Of a stretch of 64,000 nucleotides of DNA, positions 11,925 through 24,954 are shown in pieces. Below the pieces are notes generated by a model. That model saw nothing but the letters and a program-made list of their open reading frames with translations, did no database searches and had not been told where the DNA came from. Every line of letters starts with the position of its first letter. The stretch's first letter is position 1. The position numbers and the translations under genes were made by a program. Source of the DNA: Macrostomum lignano (taxonomy: Eukaryota); the NCBI GenBank assembly GCA_002269645.1, contig NIVC01000939.1, positions 186,001 to 250,000 of the forward strand. Direction: 5' to 3'.

Positions 11925-12552
11925 AGTTCCTTTCGCACCCGACTTCAGTTAGCAGTGACTGCTCAGTCCAAGCCTTCCCGCTCGCGTCAGCCCCGTCTCC
12001 ACCCCGCTGCTCAGTTATGCACCCGTTTAGCTGCTCTACAGTCTGAAAGCTTCCATTCACTGTTTCTGTCCCTGTCTGTGTCTGGTCTGCCTGTCCGTCT
12101 GTCTGCATTTATTACTGACTCAATTAGCGGCCCGTAGCCCCGCTGCCTGCCTGCCTGTGTGCCACCGTTCATCGCTCCGCCGCCCCCGCCTTTGCCGGCC
12201 AAGCACATTTTCTCTCTCTGAAAATGCCCCATCTACTGGGTTTATTTTTATTTTCCGAGTTTGCGTCTTCGTTATTTTCTCGGTTTTTAGTACCCCGTTA
12301 TTATTATATTATTAGTATACATTGTTAGAAATCAGAAATAATTTTTCAATTCTGTTCTCTACTTCGAATCGAATCCAATTTGTCCTGAGCCGTCAGCACC
12401 GAATCCAGCTCGAATTTGCTGCCCCCTTGGTCTCTGCAAAAACTGAATAATAAATATAATTGCCTCCGCTTCTAATCAATAACAAATATTTCAGCGCGTA
12501 TTTTGCTACAAAAATTAAATTAACATCTCGTCATTCCCTAATTGAACTCCAG

Positions 12553-13350
12553 CTGCCTTGTGCGTATCTGTTCTTTGCCTGCGTCTCTTTCAGCTTCATA
12601 GCAGAACTGCTGCCTTGTGCGTGTCTGTTCTTTGCCTGCGTCTCTTTCAGCTTCATAGCAGAACTGCTGCCTTGTGCGTGTCTGTTCTTTGCCTGCGTCT
12701 CTTTCAGCTTCATAGCAGAACTGCTGCCTTGTGCGTATCTGTTCTTTGCCTGCGTCTCTTTCAGCTTCATAGCAGAACTGCTGCCTTGTGCGTGTCTGTT
12801 CTTTGCCTGCGTCTCTTTCAGCTTCATAGCAGAACTGCTGCCTTGTGCGTGTCTGTTCTTTGCCTGCGTCTCTTTCAGCTTCATAGCAGAACTGCTGCCT
12901 TGTGCGTGTCTGTTCTTTGCCTGCGTCTCTTTCAGCTTCATAGCAGAACTGCTGCCTTGTGCGTATCTGTTCTTTGCCTGCGTCTCTTTCAGCTTCATAG
13001 CAGAACTGCTGCCTTGTGCGTGTCTGTTCTTTGCCTGCGTCTCTTTCAGCTTCATAGCAGAACTGCTGCCTTGTGCGTGTCTGTTCTTTGCCTGCGTCTC
13101 TTTCAGCTTCATAGCAGAACTGCTGCCTTGTGCGTGTCTGTTCTTTGCCTGCGTCTCTTTCAGCTTCATAGCAGAACTGCTGCCTTGTGCGTGTCTGTTC
13201 TTTGCCTGCGTCTCTTTCAGCTTCATAGCAGAACTGCTGCCTTGTGCGTGTCTGTTCTTTGCCTGCGTCTCTTTCAGCTTCATAGCAGAACTGCTGCCTT
13301 GTGCGTGTCTGTTCTTTGCCTGCGTCTCTTTCAGCTTCATAGCAGAACTG
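12553..13350. repeat. 57-bp tandem repeat
   Basis: 14 near-identical copies of GCCTTGTGCGTGTCTGTTCTTTGCCTGCGTCTCTTTCAGCTTCATAGCAGAACTGCT; the unit is divisible by 3, which explains the spurious ORFs. Confidence 0.97.
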
Positions 13351-13474
13351 CTTCAATTTTCCTGCTTTTCAACTTCGAGTCTTTTAATAAGCAACTCTGC
13401 CCATTTCGCTGATTCCTGAGCACACTTGAGTTTTCGATGTTATGAAATTTCGAGTTTGTGAACCCCCCCCCCCT

Positions 13475-16400
13475 GTGTGTGTCGTATATGTCTGTGTGTG
13501 TTGTGCATGTCTGTGTGTGTTGTGCATGTCTGTGTGTGTTGTGCATGTCTGTGTGTGTTGTGCATGTCTGTGTGTGTTGTGCATGTCTGTGTGTGTTGTG
13601 CGTGTCTGTGTGTGTTGTGCATGTCTGTGTGTGTTGTGCGTGTCTGTGTGTGTTGTGCATGTCTGTGTGTGTTGTGCGTGTCTGTGTGTGTTGTGCGTGT
13701 CTGTGTGTGTTGTGCATGTCTGTGTGTGTTGTGCGTGTCTGTGTGTGTTGTGCATGTCTGTGTGTGTTGTGCATGTCTGTGTGTGTTTTGCATGTCTGTG
13801 TGTGTTGTGCATGTCTGTGTGTGTTGTGCGTGTCTGTGTGTGTTGTGCATGTCTGTGTGTGTTGTGCGTGTCTGTGTGTGTTGTGCATGTCTGTGTGTGT
13901 TGTGCATGTCTGTGTGTGTTGTGCATGTCTGTGTGTGTTTGTGTGTTGTGCATGTCTGTGTGTGTTTGTGTGTTGTGCGTGTCTGTGTGTGTTTTGTGTT
14001 GTGCGTGTCTGTGTGTGTGTGTGTTGTGCATGTCTGTGTGTGTTGTGCGTGTCTGTGTGTGTTGTGCATGTCTGTGTGTGTTTGTGTGTTGTGCGTGTCT
14101 GTGTGTGTTTTGTGTTGTGCGTGTCTGTGTGTGTGTGTGTTTTGCATGTCTGTGTGTGTTTGTGTTGTGCGTGTCTGTGTGTGTGTGTGTTTTGCATGTC
14201 TGTGTGTGTTTGTGTTGTGCGTGTCTGTGTGTGTGTTTTGCATGTCTGTGTGTGTTTTGCATGTCTGTGTGTGTTGTGCATGTCTGTGTGTGTTTGTGTT
14301 GTGCATGTCTGTGTGTGTTTTGCATGTCTGTGTGTGTTGTGCATGTCTGTGTGTGTTTGTGTTGTGCATGTCTGTGTGTGTTGTGCGTGTCTGTGTGTGT
14401 TGTGCATGTCTGTGTGTGTTGTGCATGTCTGTGTGTGTTGTGCATGTCTGTGTGTGTTGTGCATGTCTGTGTGTGTTGTGCATGTCTGTGTGTGTTGTGC
14501 GTGTCTGTGTGTGTTGTGCATGTCTGTGTGTGTTGTGCATGTCTGTGTGTGTTGTGCATGTCTGTGTGTGTTTGTGTGTTGTGCATGTCTGTGTGTGTTT
14601 GTGTGTTGTGCGTGTCTGTGTGTGTTTTGTGTTGTGCGTGTCTGTGTGTGTTTGTGTGTTTTGCATGTCTGTGTGTGTTTTGCATGTCTGTGTGTGTTTT
14701 GCATGTCTGTGTGTGTTTTGCATGCCTGTGTGTGTTGTGCATGTCTGTGTGTGTTGTGCATGTCTGTGTGTGTTGTGCATGTCTGTGTGTGTTTGTGTGT
14801 TGTGCATGTCTGTGTGTGTTTGTGTGTTGTGCATGTCTGTGTGTGTTGTGCGTGTCTGTGTGTGTTGTGCATGTCTGTGTGTGTTGTGCATGTCTGTGTG
14901 TGTTTTGCATGTCTGTGTGTGTTGTGCATGTCTGTGTGTGTTGTGCGTGTCTGTGTGTGTTGTGCATGTCTGTGTGTGTTGTGCGTGTCTGTGTGTGTTG
15001 TGCATGTCTGTGTGTGTTGTGCATGTCTGTGTGTGTTGTGCATGTCTGTGTGTGTTTGTGTGTTGTGCATGTCTGTGTGTGTTTGTGTGTTGTGCGTGTC
15101 TGTGTGTGTTTTGTGTTGTGCGTGTCTGTGTGTGTGTGTTGTGCATGTCTGTGTGTGTTGTGCATGTCTGTGTGTGTTTGTGTGTTGTGCATGTCTGTGT
15201 GTGTTTGTGTGTTGTGCGTGTCTGTGTGTGTTTTGTGTTGTGCGTGTCTGTGTGTGTGTGTGTTTTGCATGTCTGTGTGTGTTTGTGTTGTGCGTGTCTG
15301 TGTGTGTGTGTGTTTTGCATGTCTGTGTGTGTTTGTGTTGTGCGTGTCTGTGTGTGTGTTTTGCATGTCTGTGTGTGTTTTGCATGTCTGTGTGTGTTTT
15401 GCATGTCTGTGTGTGTTGTGCATGTCTGTGTGTGTTTGTGTTGTGCATGTCTGTGTGTGTTTTGCATGTCTGTGTGTGTTGTGCATGTCTGTGTGTGTTT
15501 GTGTTGTGCATGTCTGTGTGTGTTGTGCGTGTCTGTGTGTGTTGTGCATGTCTGTGTGTGTTGTGCATGTCTGTGTGTGTTGTGCATGTCTGTGTGTGTT
15601 GTGCATGTCTGTGTGTGTTGTGCATGTCTGTGTGTGTTGTGCGTGTCTGTGTGTGTTGTGCATGTCTGTGTGTGTTGTGCATGTCTGTGTGTGTTGTGCA
15701 TGTCTGTGTGTGTTTGTGTGTTGTGCATGTCTGTGTGTGTTTGTGTGTTGTGCGTGTCTGTGTGTGTTTTGTGTTGTGCGTGTCTGTGTGTGTTTGTGTG
15801 TTTTGCATGTCTGTGTGTGTTTTGCATGTCTGTGTGTGTTTTGCATGTCTGTGTGTGTTTTGCATGCCTGTGTGTGTTGTGCATGTCTGTGTGTGTTGTG
15901 CATGTCTGTGTGTGTTGTGCATGTCTGTGTGTGTTTGTGTGTTGTGCATGTCTGTGTGTGTTTGTGTGTTGTGCATGTCTGTGTGTGTGTTTTGCATGTC
16001 TGTGTGTGTTTTGCATGTCTGTGTGTGTTTTTCATGTCTGTGTGTGTTGTGCATGTCTGTGTGTGTTGTGCATGTCTGTGTGTGTTGTGCATGTCTGTGT
16101 GTGTTTGTGTGTTGTGCATGTCTGTGTGTGTTTGTGTGTTGTGCATGTCTGTGTGTGTTGTGCATGTCTGTGTGTGTTTGTGTGTTGTGCATGTCTGTGT
16201 GTGTTTGTGTGTTGTGCGTGTCTGTGTGTGTTTGTGTTGTGCGTGTCTGTGTGTGTGTGTTTTTTGCATGTCTGTGTGTGTTGTGCATGTCTGTGTGTGT
16301 TTGTGTGTTGTGCGTGTCTGTGTGTGTGTGTTTTGCATGTCTGTGTGTGTTGTGCATGTCTGTGTGTGTTGTGCGTGTCTGTGTGTGTTTGTGTTGTGCA

Positions 16401-16825
16401 TGTCTGTGTGTGTTGTGCATGTCTGTGTGTGTTTTGCATGTCTGTGTGTGTTGTGCATGTCTGTGTGTTTGTGTGTTGTGCATGTCTGTGTGTGTTTGTG
16501 TGTTGTGCGTGTCTGTGTGTGTTTGTGTTGTGCGTGTCTGTGTGTGTGTGTGTTTTGCATGTCTGTGTGTGTTTTGCATGTCTGTGTGTGTTGTGCATGT
16601 CTGTGTGTGTTGTGCGTGTCTGTGTGTGTTGTGCATGTCTGTGTGTGTTGTGCGTGTCTGTGTGTGTTGTGCGTGTCTGTGTGTGTTGTGCATGTCTGTG
16701 TGTGTTGTGCATGTCTGTGTGTGTTTTGCATGTCTGTGTGTGTTGTGCATGTCTGTGTGTGTTTTGCATGTCTGTGTGTGTTGTGCATGTCTGTGTGTGT
16801 TGTGCGTGTCTGTGTGTGTGTGTCT
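13475..16825. repeat. (TG)-rich cryptic satellite, ~19-bp unit GTCTGTGTGTGTTGTGCAT
   Basis: 3.35 kb continuous array. Confidence 0.97.
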
Positions 16826-17593
16826 GAAGTCTGTGATAAGTCACTTCAACACTCAACCAGTCACTCCATGTGATTGAGCTAACAGTACTTAAGATGGGTT
16901 CTTATTTCGATATCGAAATTATATTAATAACGAGAGTGGGTCGTGGAGCAGTGCAGTTTTTTGGCGTGGTCCCACTGTGGTCTTCATAATCCAATGTTCA
17001 TCAGCAGCCTTTTCAAGCTTACTCAGTACAGTTACAGGTGCTTATGAAATCGCTTCGCATCCTTGAGCTATGCAAACCCAGTGCGCCTGGCGACAATACG
17101 AGCCACTTTCTTCCCTACGGAAGATCCCTCTGCAGGACGGACTCTCGGACCACCCTGCAGCCAAGTCAGGTTAAGTCAAGAGCTGTGCAGACTGTAGAGA
17201 GCAATGGAAATCAGTTACCAATAGCAACCGTCAATGTTGTTAAGACAATTAAGACAAGAAATACATTGGCTAAATGGAATGCAAAACAGAGCGGAAAGCA
17301 ATCTCGACTGATGGATACGCGGCGATTGGATAAAGCAGTCTTTTGTTGTCGCCAATCCGATTGGAACCGGGAAAATTGATTTTCCATTAGCGACAATCGT
17401 CAAGTCTCAGAGCTTTAATGAGCCCTCCGGCATCGGGAGGCGGGCTGAGGTGGCTGCAGTCTGAGCTGGACAGCTGGTTGCTAGGGGCGATTGAGCTCAA
17501 CAATGGGAGCAGGATAAATCTTACTGCATGCAGGATGTGTGCCACCTGCCTCATCCTGAGCTCTCGCATCTGCAATATCGCACTGCAGCCAGC

Positions 17594-18130
17594 ATGACAA
17601 CCAGCTTCATCGCTACTCCAGTCTCCGTTCTGCTCGCAGCGGCCTGCCTGGTCCACTGCGAGAGCCTGCCGAGCTCCTGGCACCGCCTGAGCAGCCCGCA
17701 GTGCCTGCCTGAGAATCTGGCAGTGCGGGTGGCCCAGACTCCGGCCAGCATCAGCGAGTGCCTCATCCTGGTCGCCCTGTTCTACGGCACCTCGAGCGGC
17801 CTGCAGGTGGCTCAGTTCGACTTGGACACTCGCCAGTGCTCACTCTTCCAATACACCGCAGTGTGCCACCTCATCGATGGACTCGCTGCTGCAGAGAGCT
17901 CGCAGTCCCGCCGCTGTGCCGCATTCGCTAATGACAGAGCTGTGGGCTTCATCACTTTGAGCAGGAAGCTGGTCGCCAAGCTGAGGGCCGCCTGGGTGAT
18001 GAGTGACGATGCCGACGCCAGCAGAAGCAACTTGGTGTGCGGCCAGACACAGCAATGGATTAGGAGGAGGGCGAAAAGTTGCCTTCAAAACATTTACCAT
18101 AGATTTCGAGTGTTGCGTCCTTCTACTTAA
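17594..18130 (+). CDS. Candidate secreted Cys-rich protein (PAN/apple-like spacing); 3' end uncertain
   Basis: ATG 17594, hydrophobic leader MTTSFIATPVSVLLAAACLVHCE, then C...SISECL...QFDLDTRQCSLF; GC-rich coding-like composition. The last ~20 codons overlap a repeat fragment shared with 20483-20532. Confidence 0.4.
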   Translation: MTTSFIATPVSVLLAAACLVHCESLPSSWHRLSSPQCLPENLAVRVAQTPASISECLILVALFYGTSSGLQVAQFDLDTRQCSLFQYTAVCHLIDGLAAAESSQSRRCAAFANDRAVGFITLSRKLVAKLRAAWVMSDDADASRSNLVCGQTQQWIRRRAKSCLQNIYHRFRVLRPST

Positions 18131-18454
18131 GTTGTCCTTGGAATGAGGACGCAAATTTTCAATTCTTAGAATCGCACCTGAGTTCCTGATAATTATTAGT
18201 CTGGGGATGACCTGAAGGTTCTGATGGCTGATTTGCATCATCAAAAAGCATTCAAATACAAATACTTTTATTTGCGTATGCTTTGTGGGATTTTAATATC
18301 GAAGGAGTGTCGACACCGGGGGGGGGGGGAAGGAGGGACATGTCCCCCCAGTAAGAGCTGTGGGGGACATGCCAATGCTTTGTCCCCGCACTCCACCTTG
18401 TTGACCTGCTTTGAAAATCATTAATTTTGCTTCAGGGCGACAAGAGATGGTGCC

Positions 18455-18662
18455 TGCGGCGCTGAAATGAGTTTCTGCAGCGCTAAAACGAGTGCATGCG
18501 GCGCTAAAATGAGTGCCTGTGGCGCTAAAATGAGTTTCTGCAGCGCTAAAATGAGTGCATGCGGCGCTAAAATGAGTGCCTGCGGCGCTAAAATGAGTGC
18601 CTGTGGCGCTAAAATGAGTTTCTGCAGCGCTAAAATGAGTGCCTGCGGCGCTAAAATGAGCG
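18455..18662. repeat. 21-bp minisatellite (GCGGCGCTAAAATGAGTGCCT)
   Basis: About 10 copies. Confidence 0.9.
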
Positions 18663-20561
18663 CTGTCTCGCTGCTCTCTCGCTGCCTTTTTCATAACTCT
18701 TGGACCTGCTGCTCGTCACATCTTCACTGCCTTGGGGCCGACCATCTGACAGGAGTGGGAGGCCAGGGCGCTCAGTGACTGCAAACTTCAGCATGATTAA
18801 ACACGGGGATTGGCACATAGTTAATATTTATGTACATCGATGTAGATTATTTTGTAGCTACTGCTGTTTTATGCTGTTTTACCATTTATTAACCTTCATG
18901 CAATTAATTGATATGATGAAACTTGTTATTATAGCCTCCCTGTATTCCCTGTAAATGTGCTCTTCTGTAGCACTGTGCCAATTCTTTGCTAATTGAACTG
19001 ACTAATTTGTGGCATGTTTTAGGACTCTGTCAGCACCTTATTTTAAACTCGGAAAACCCATCATCATTATTATCTGAAAAAAATCTTCAAATTCTTAAAA
19101 AAATGTTATAATCTTAAATGGCTCATATCGATTCTTTTTATTCGTTAATAGCACTTGCACTCAAAACGCATATTCGCAAATATAAACACATTTTATACTT
19201 AACTTTATAAAATCAGCTTGAAGCTGTTTCGGATTGAAAAATCTCTTTAGCATTTTGATCTTCTTTCGTTTCTCGCTAAAATTTAGTGACAACTGCAGCT
19301 CGCTCGAGTATTAACGAAAGCAAGTATAAAACACTCATCCTAGCTTATTTATTATTAAATAATGAACAACGAACTCTAATTTTAATTCAAAGAATTTTAC
19401 TGGAACAATGCAATAAATAATTGTGCGAATGTGCTCCCATCATTTTAATATTCCATAACGGTAGAACCACCAAGAGGGGGAATTCCTCCTGGCTCCCTTG
19501 ACAATTTTTTGCTGCGCCGGAACGGGCAACGTAAATGAATGCACGAAATTGAAGAACACGCGCTGACTTTTTGTTGCGCACCTTCTCAATCAAGAATCAA
19601 GTCGTCAGCCCTCCGGACCGTCGAGATATTCGACGGTTCTGCCAGAAGGTCGGATTTTTTCCCATAAGCGCCAGTGTATTCAGCCCTGCGCCTCACGCCT
19701 CAGTGCAGCCTCGCCAAGCCTCCGAATTTCATCAGCACGTCGACTACATGCGTCTGCATCAACTTTGACTTCGTTGGTCACTGGCCTTCACCCAGGCGGA
19801 GCTTCTGGACCTTCAACAGGTGGCACCATGTGACTACTAGTATAAAACACCCTGGTTGAATTTCTCGAGTTTCGCTGATCAAGCCTCGACAGCGGGCAAA
19901 CTTCAAGCCAGTTTTGATATTTTTATATTTAATTATCAAAAGTACATTCAATGAGATTGAATCGGTAAATCCAAAACTTGGAGTGCCGACCAGCGAGAGA
20001 GGGGAAGGAGCACAAGACCAATAAATCGAGTGGGGAGGTGAGCACTCACGGAGGCAGACAATAGAGAGGGCAACTGGGATTAAAACAACTCGATCGATTT
20101 TTCATGTTAAGTCGGTCTGTCACTTGAAAAAACGTTTAAAATAATTACAGAACAATTTAACATGAAAAATCGATTAATGCGTCGTTAGAGCAGCATGTGA
20201 GGCACAAAATAGTGTGATTAGGACTTTCTCTGACACTCTTTGGAGACCCAATCACTGTTTTAGTGTTGAAAATCGTGAAATTTCCTATCTCCATAGTGTA
20301 TTTTTCCGGTGAAACCTGCCTTTAAAACTATTTCTGAACAAAAAGCTTTATGAATATCGATAGAGCAATAAGAAAGGCACAACATATCAAAAAATGAACC
20401 CTGGATCTGCCTCCCATCAAAAGCAATAACAATTTTTGTGCTGAAAAAATTAAAACCTCCTATCTCTGTAGTGTATTTTTAAGCGAAAAGTTGCCTTCAA
20501 AACATTTACCATAGATTTCGAGTGTAGCGTCCTGTATATATGTTACTTGAGTAGTCCTTGC

Positions 20562-23500
20562 CTATTCCAGCAGTGTTTGGATCTTCTCCAGCCAAGAGCC
20601 CCGGTGCGCTATCAGGTCCCGCTCGCTCACTTTGAAACGGCGCTTGGTCGACTCATCGGACAGGTTTTTGGTCGCTTCTTCCAGCAGATGCACGCGCACT
20701 TCCTCCTCTGGCTTGCGGTCCGCACTCACCTCCGGCTGGGGTTGCACTTTTGCAGACAACTTCTTGGCGGCTGTGTTTAGCCTGAGCGAGGCAAGCTGGG
20801 CCATGTTGATGACGAGCTCCAGCATCTCCGTCAGGGTGATGACCGATACTCCGATCCACAGGCCTGCACAGGTGCAATGAAGTGATGAAACCAATGTTGA
20901 AACCAATAAATCGCAGGGCATATCTTTACAACTAACCACTACGAATATTAAAAGGTGTCGATTCCGGTAGCAGCAGAATGCATGGATGTACTTAACAATG
21001 TTTTACGTCATTGAAATTTCTCAGCGCCTGAAAACCGACGTGAAATTTAGATTTTATTTATTTTAGGGGTCGATAGAGTTGCGCAATAGTTTGCTTTTTG
21101 ACTACGCGGGGGTGTTGTAGCTCGTAGCTGGCGTTTTGGTACTTTGCTTTACGCCACTTTCTGTTGGTGGATGCACTAACCCCTACCTCCCAGGCGCCAC
21201 GTCGGTGCCACTTCCAGCAGGTAGCAATAGTTGAGCTCGGCTGTCATTCTATTAGCTTAGTTATTCCTTTGGAGGAGAGCTAACCTCCCCTGGTCCTACT
21301 CTGTGCACGCTAATTTTCGCAAAATCCAATTGACTGCAACTCACCGAGAATGCCGCCAAAGTCGGAGAACAGATTCCGCAGCGGGTAGGCGAACGACTCG
21401 GTGAAGACGCTGGCCTTGGTGGACGCTGGATATACGTCCAGCACGCTGATGAAGTCCCTGGACGATGCCAGGTTTTTAGCGGTCAGGTTGACCACGGCTT
21501 GGCTGAGCGAAGCGTAGGTAAAGTTTTGCAATACCTCCAATCTTAGTGTTCGCAGGCCAGTGCCCCTGACCCGGGCGAGGATTTTGCTTGTGTAGCTCTT
21601 CAGGATTTCAATGGCTAAGGGCACGTCCTTTGGCCAGGAGGTCAGGGTGGTGACGGTTTTGTATTGCGTGTTGCCGCAGCGGATTGGGCACTTGTCGACT
21701 CGAACGCCATCTGTTTTCTGCCTGCTCTCGACTCGGTGATAGCAGTCAACCAGCTTCTTGGTGTTGTTGAACCAGTGCCAGTGATTCAGAACGTAGTCTG
21801 CGAGCGGCTCAATCCACGAATTATTGAGCTTAATGACGTATTCGGTCATGTTGAACTTGTTCAGACGGTGTTCTTGGTACTTTAGCAAATACTGTGAATA
21901 GAATTGTCGCGTGAGTTGCAATGGTTAGATCAGGGACAACCAGAAAAGTTTATAGCTGTCCCTGGGTTAAAAAAAAGAAAAGCAAATCGCTGCGTACGGC
22001 TGTTCAGTGATCAGGCCAAGGACTGAGGGCCGGTCGCCACATATCCTCAACTACCCGAGCTAATGCTAGCTGGTAAACCCCTTTACAGCTGGGTGAACTG
22101 AAACAATTTGCAGAGTTCCGAGTGGGTCAAGAATCGAACCCCCGACCTTTCAATCGTGAGTCCCGACGCTCTGACCACTAGGCTACAATTCCCCATAAAT
22201 TCAAGCATGGTTCCTGAGAACGTTAATAGCTATCAAGATCTGAGCAAGGTGTAAAGCAGCAAGTGAGAGCAGCTCGCTTTAACTTCGATGACGGGTAGCT
22301 AACAAACTAACGGTAGCAGTGGCTAACGACGCCATGACCATCAATAGCGTTAGTTTTTTAGGCTAGTGACAGCTAATTGACTACCTGCAACCGTTGTCAC
22401 TGCCACTGACACTTATCACTTGCTACTGTTGCATTCATCATTTTCTCGCTAAAAACCTGCTAAGAATTTGCCTCCTTCCTGATAAATATCGCCAGTACAT
22501 CTGATTGCAGTCTGGTCAACGAGCAGGCGAGGGGGACCTATATAGGGTGTCACCGAGCTTTCGGCCCTCAGGAAGCTGCGACACCAAAAACTTCCCAAGG
22601 GCTCATCGCTAGCGACATTTACATGTTGTAGGTGGGACGAAAGCACTACTATAGCGACTGGACTGTCATGGCTGGTGCTGGCAGTGGCTCATGGTGCAGT
22701 GGCTAACAGCTATTGATCTAGAATCAATTGGAAATTGTTGCTGAATACGACTGCGATGGCTTTTGCCGGCAGCCGCTGCTGTACCTCTTCCGGCAGGTCG
22801 TGACACATTTTTGTGCCATCCATGAGGTCGCTGGGCAGGGCCAGATTAGCGCTGAGGCAGCCGCACGTCTCCTTGAACTCCTCCTGCTTGAGCCGCGTTA
22901 CGCAGTCCTCGGTGGTGCTGAAGAAGCTCTGGTTCTCCCAGTTTCCAGGCCACGAGTAGTCCATCGTGTAGGTGATGTTCGGCAGCTCATCGCTGCACGG
23001 CGAGCCTTTGCGGCTGACTTTGGTGACGGTCTCGGCCTTCACTTGTACGGAGGTCTTCTGGCCATAAGGTGCGTTGAATCCCATGTTCAAGTCTGGCTTG
23101 AACCCTGCCGGTGCGTGTTTTGGAAAGATTTTTTCTCACCTGAAATCTTTCGAAATCTTGTTTTTCTCTGCACTCTGAGGGGAGAGTACTCGTAGGCTGA
23201 GGGGAGCGCACGGACACTCTGCACTCTGAGGGATGAGTAGGCTGGGAGCACACGGACACCTGAGAACTGATACCGCATGCTCGTAATCTTTCTTCATAAG
23301 TTTTTCTTTTCATGAACTCAGATTTTGACTCTGCATTGCTCATACGAGCGTAGTCTTGAATCTGTGCATATTTGCAAACTAGATGCTGTTACTGCATGAG
23401 GATCTGAGCAAGCAGCTCCTCACCGGCCTGATGGAGCACCACCCGAAAGCCGGGCACGTAGTCAACTTGCTGTTCGTAAGTGAGATAAGCATCTCCTCTC

Positions 23501-24717
23501 AGGTGAAGAACCAGGTAGAGCCCCTTGCCTTCGCCCACCTCGATGACTGTGTGATTCGACGGGTTGAAGGAAAAGCACCACCACCTGGAATGGAATTCGA
23601 TCGAAGCTCATTTGATCCCCAATTTCTGTCCAATATTAAAGAAGTCCAATGCGGCAAGCATTTTGCAAGTACCTGTCCTCATCTTTATACACGGTGAAGT
23701 TCTCAAAGGTGCAGTCCTCATTCTTGTACCTGCAGTAGATCACGGATTCGTAGGCCTGGGCGAACAGGTGACCGCGGTACACCATTGCTCGTATCGAGTT
23801 TTTTCCGTCCGGGTAAAACTCCACCGGATTCTTTGGCATTGAGGCGTTCCAGTCGGTCCGGTTGAGCAGAGAGAACAGGTAGGGAGAGCCTTCCATCATG
23901 GAAACCAAGCATTTATTCCACCCTGAGAGACAGGTGCAACGTACGTGTGTTACAAAAATTAAATGTGACATCAAAGAGAAGCATTTCCTCTGTGGTTCCT
24001 GTGGTCCCTCGGGCTCTTGAGTGGTGTTGCATTTTGACTTGAGACAATCGGACCGAGGCCCAATATGCTTGCTCTTGTGTTGATCTCATTCAGACCCCCT
24101 CAGCGACGCGCGGCAGAGCAGCTCAGCGGTAAACGCGCCACGACCCCTGGTTTGGTTCCGTGTGCGGCCATGCGCATTCATTTCGGGCTTGTGAACAAAA
24201 TATCGGCCGGGGCCAACCCCAAGCCGCGAACTGACGATTAGAAAGTCAAGACCGCTGTACACCCTGTGTGAGCGTGTGAATGAGTTGCGTGCCTGCGTAC
24301 AGTATTGGCACCTTTGTACATGCATGTGCTCCGGAGTCAGCAGAAAGTTGTGCTCTCTTCTCGAGTACCTGGAACAGAGTGGTTGCTGACTACAGCTGAG
24401 CACGCGTAGGCGAACATGTTGGTCGGGCAGATGGTCACAGCGGGGAACTCGAAGTTTGCACCGTCTCTGGAGAACTCGGTGCTCACTGGGTAGCTCAGGT
24501 ACCGCTGGATGAGCTCTGCAAGGTGCAGGGAGAAGCCGACGCAGGCGCCCAGGATGGCCAGGGCCCAGATGAAGCGGCGAAGCTGGGAGCCCTGCGTCAG
24601 GCGCACCAGACCGTGCGCGGTGGTCTGCTGGGCGAAGGCGACGAATGCCTTCTCGCGAAGCTGCCACATCAGGGAGCCGCCTGTCGGGGATTCCGTCTCC
24701 GAGTCACCCGATGTCAT
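20562..24717 (-). CDS. DEG/ENaC (amiloride-sensitive sodium channel / ASIC-FaNaC superfamily) subunit, ~642 aa
   Basis: Exons (minus strand) 24717-24369, 23922-23673, 23584-23424, 23104-22785, 21891-21345, 20863-20562, total 1929 nt in frame. Motifs: pre-TM1 TTAHG, TM1, FPAVTICPTN, CFSFNP, GLYLVL, GFRVVLHQ, Cys-rich thumb, TM2 SDFGGILGLWIGVSVITLTE. Confidence 0.92.
21969..22194 (-). mobile_element. tRNA(Val-like)-derived SINE-like element in a channel-gene intron
   Basis: The minus strand reads GGGGAATTGTAGCCTAGTGGTCAGAGCG...CTCACGA...GGGTTCGATTCTTG (A box, CAC anticodon-like loop, B box), then a non-tRNA body (CACCCAGCTGTAAA) and a T-rich end. Confidence 0.7.
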
Positions 24718-24954
24718 CCTTGGCCACCAAGGATGACAAACAGAGTGAAGGCCAGGTAATTTTGAGCAGAATTAGGCTTAGAAGCGCTGACAAGAGCCAA
24801 TTTAGCTTCTGATTTACATGTACGAAGTTATCTCTAAGTTGCAATCGACAAAAGCTGGGAGCCAATGAGAAAGTCACTGAATATCCCAGAGCGCAACTTT
24901 AATTGCAGACTGGCGTCAGACAGTGTCTGAAGAGCGGCTTATGAAATAAACTCT

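Noticed and set aside
12460-16877. Very long Cys/Val- or His/Thr-rich ORFs
   Set aside because: Translations of the 57-bp and TG satellites; open in multiple frames on both strands.
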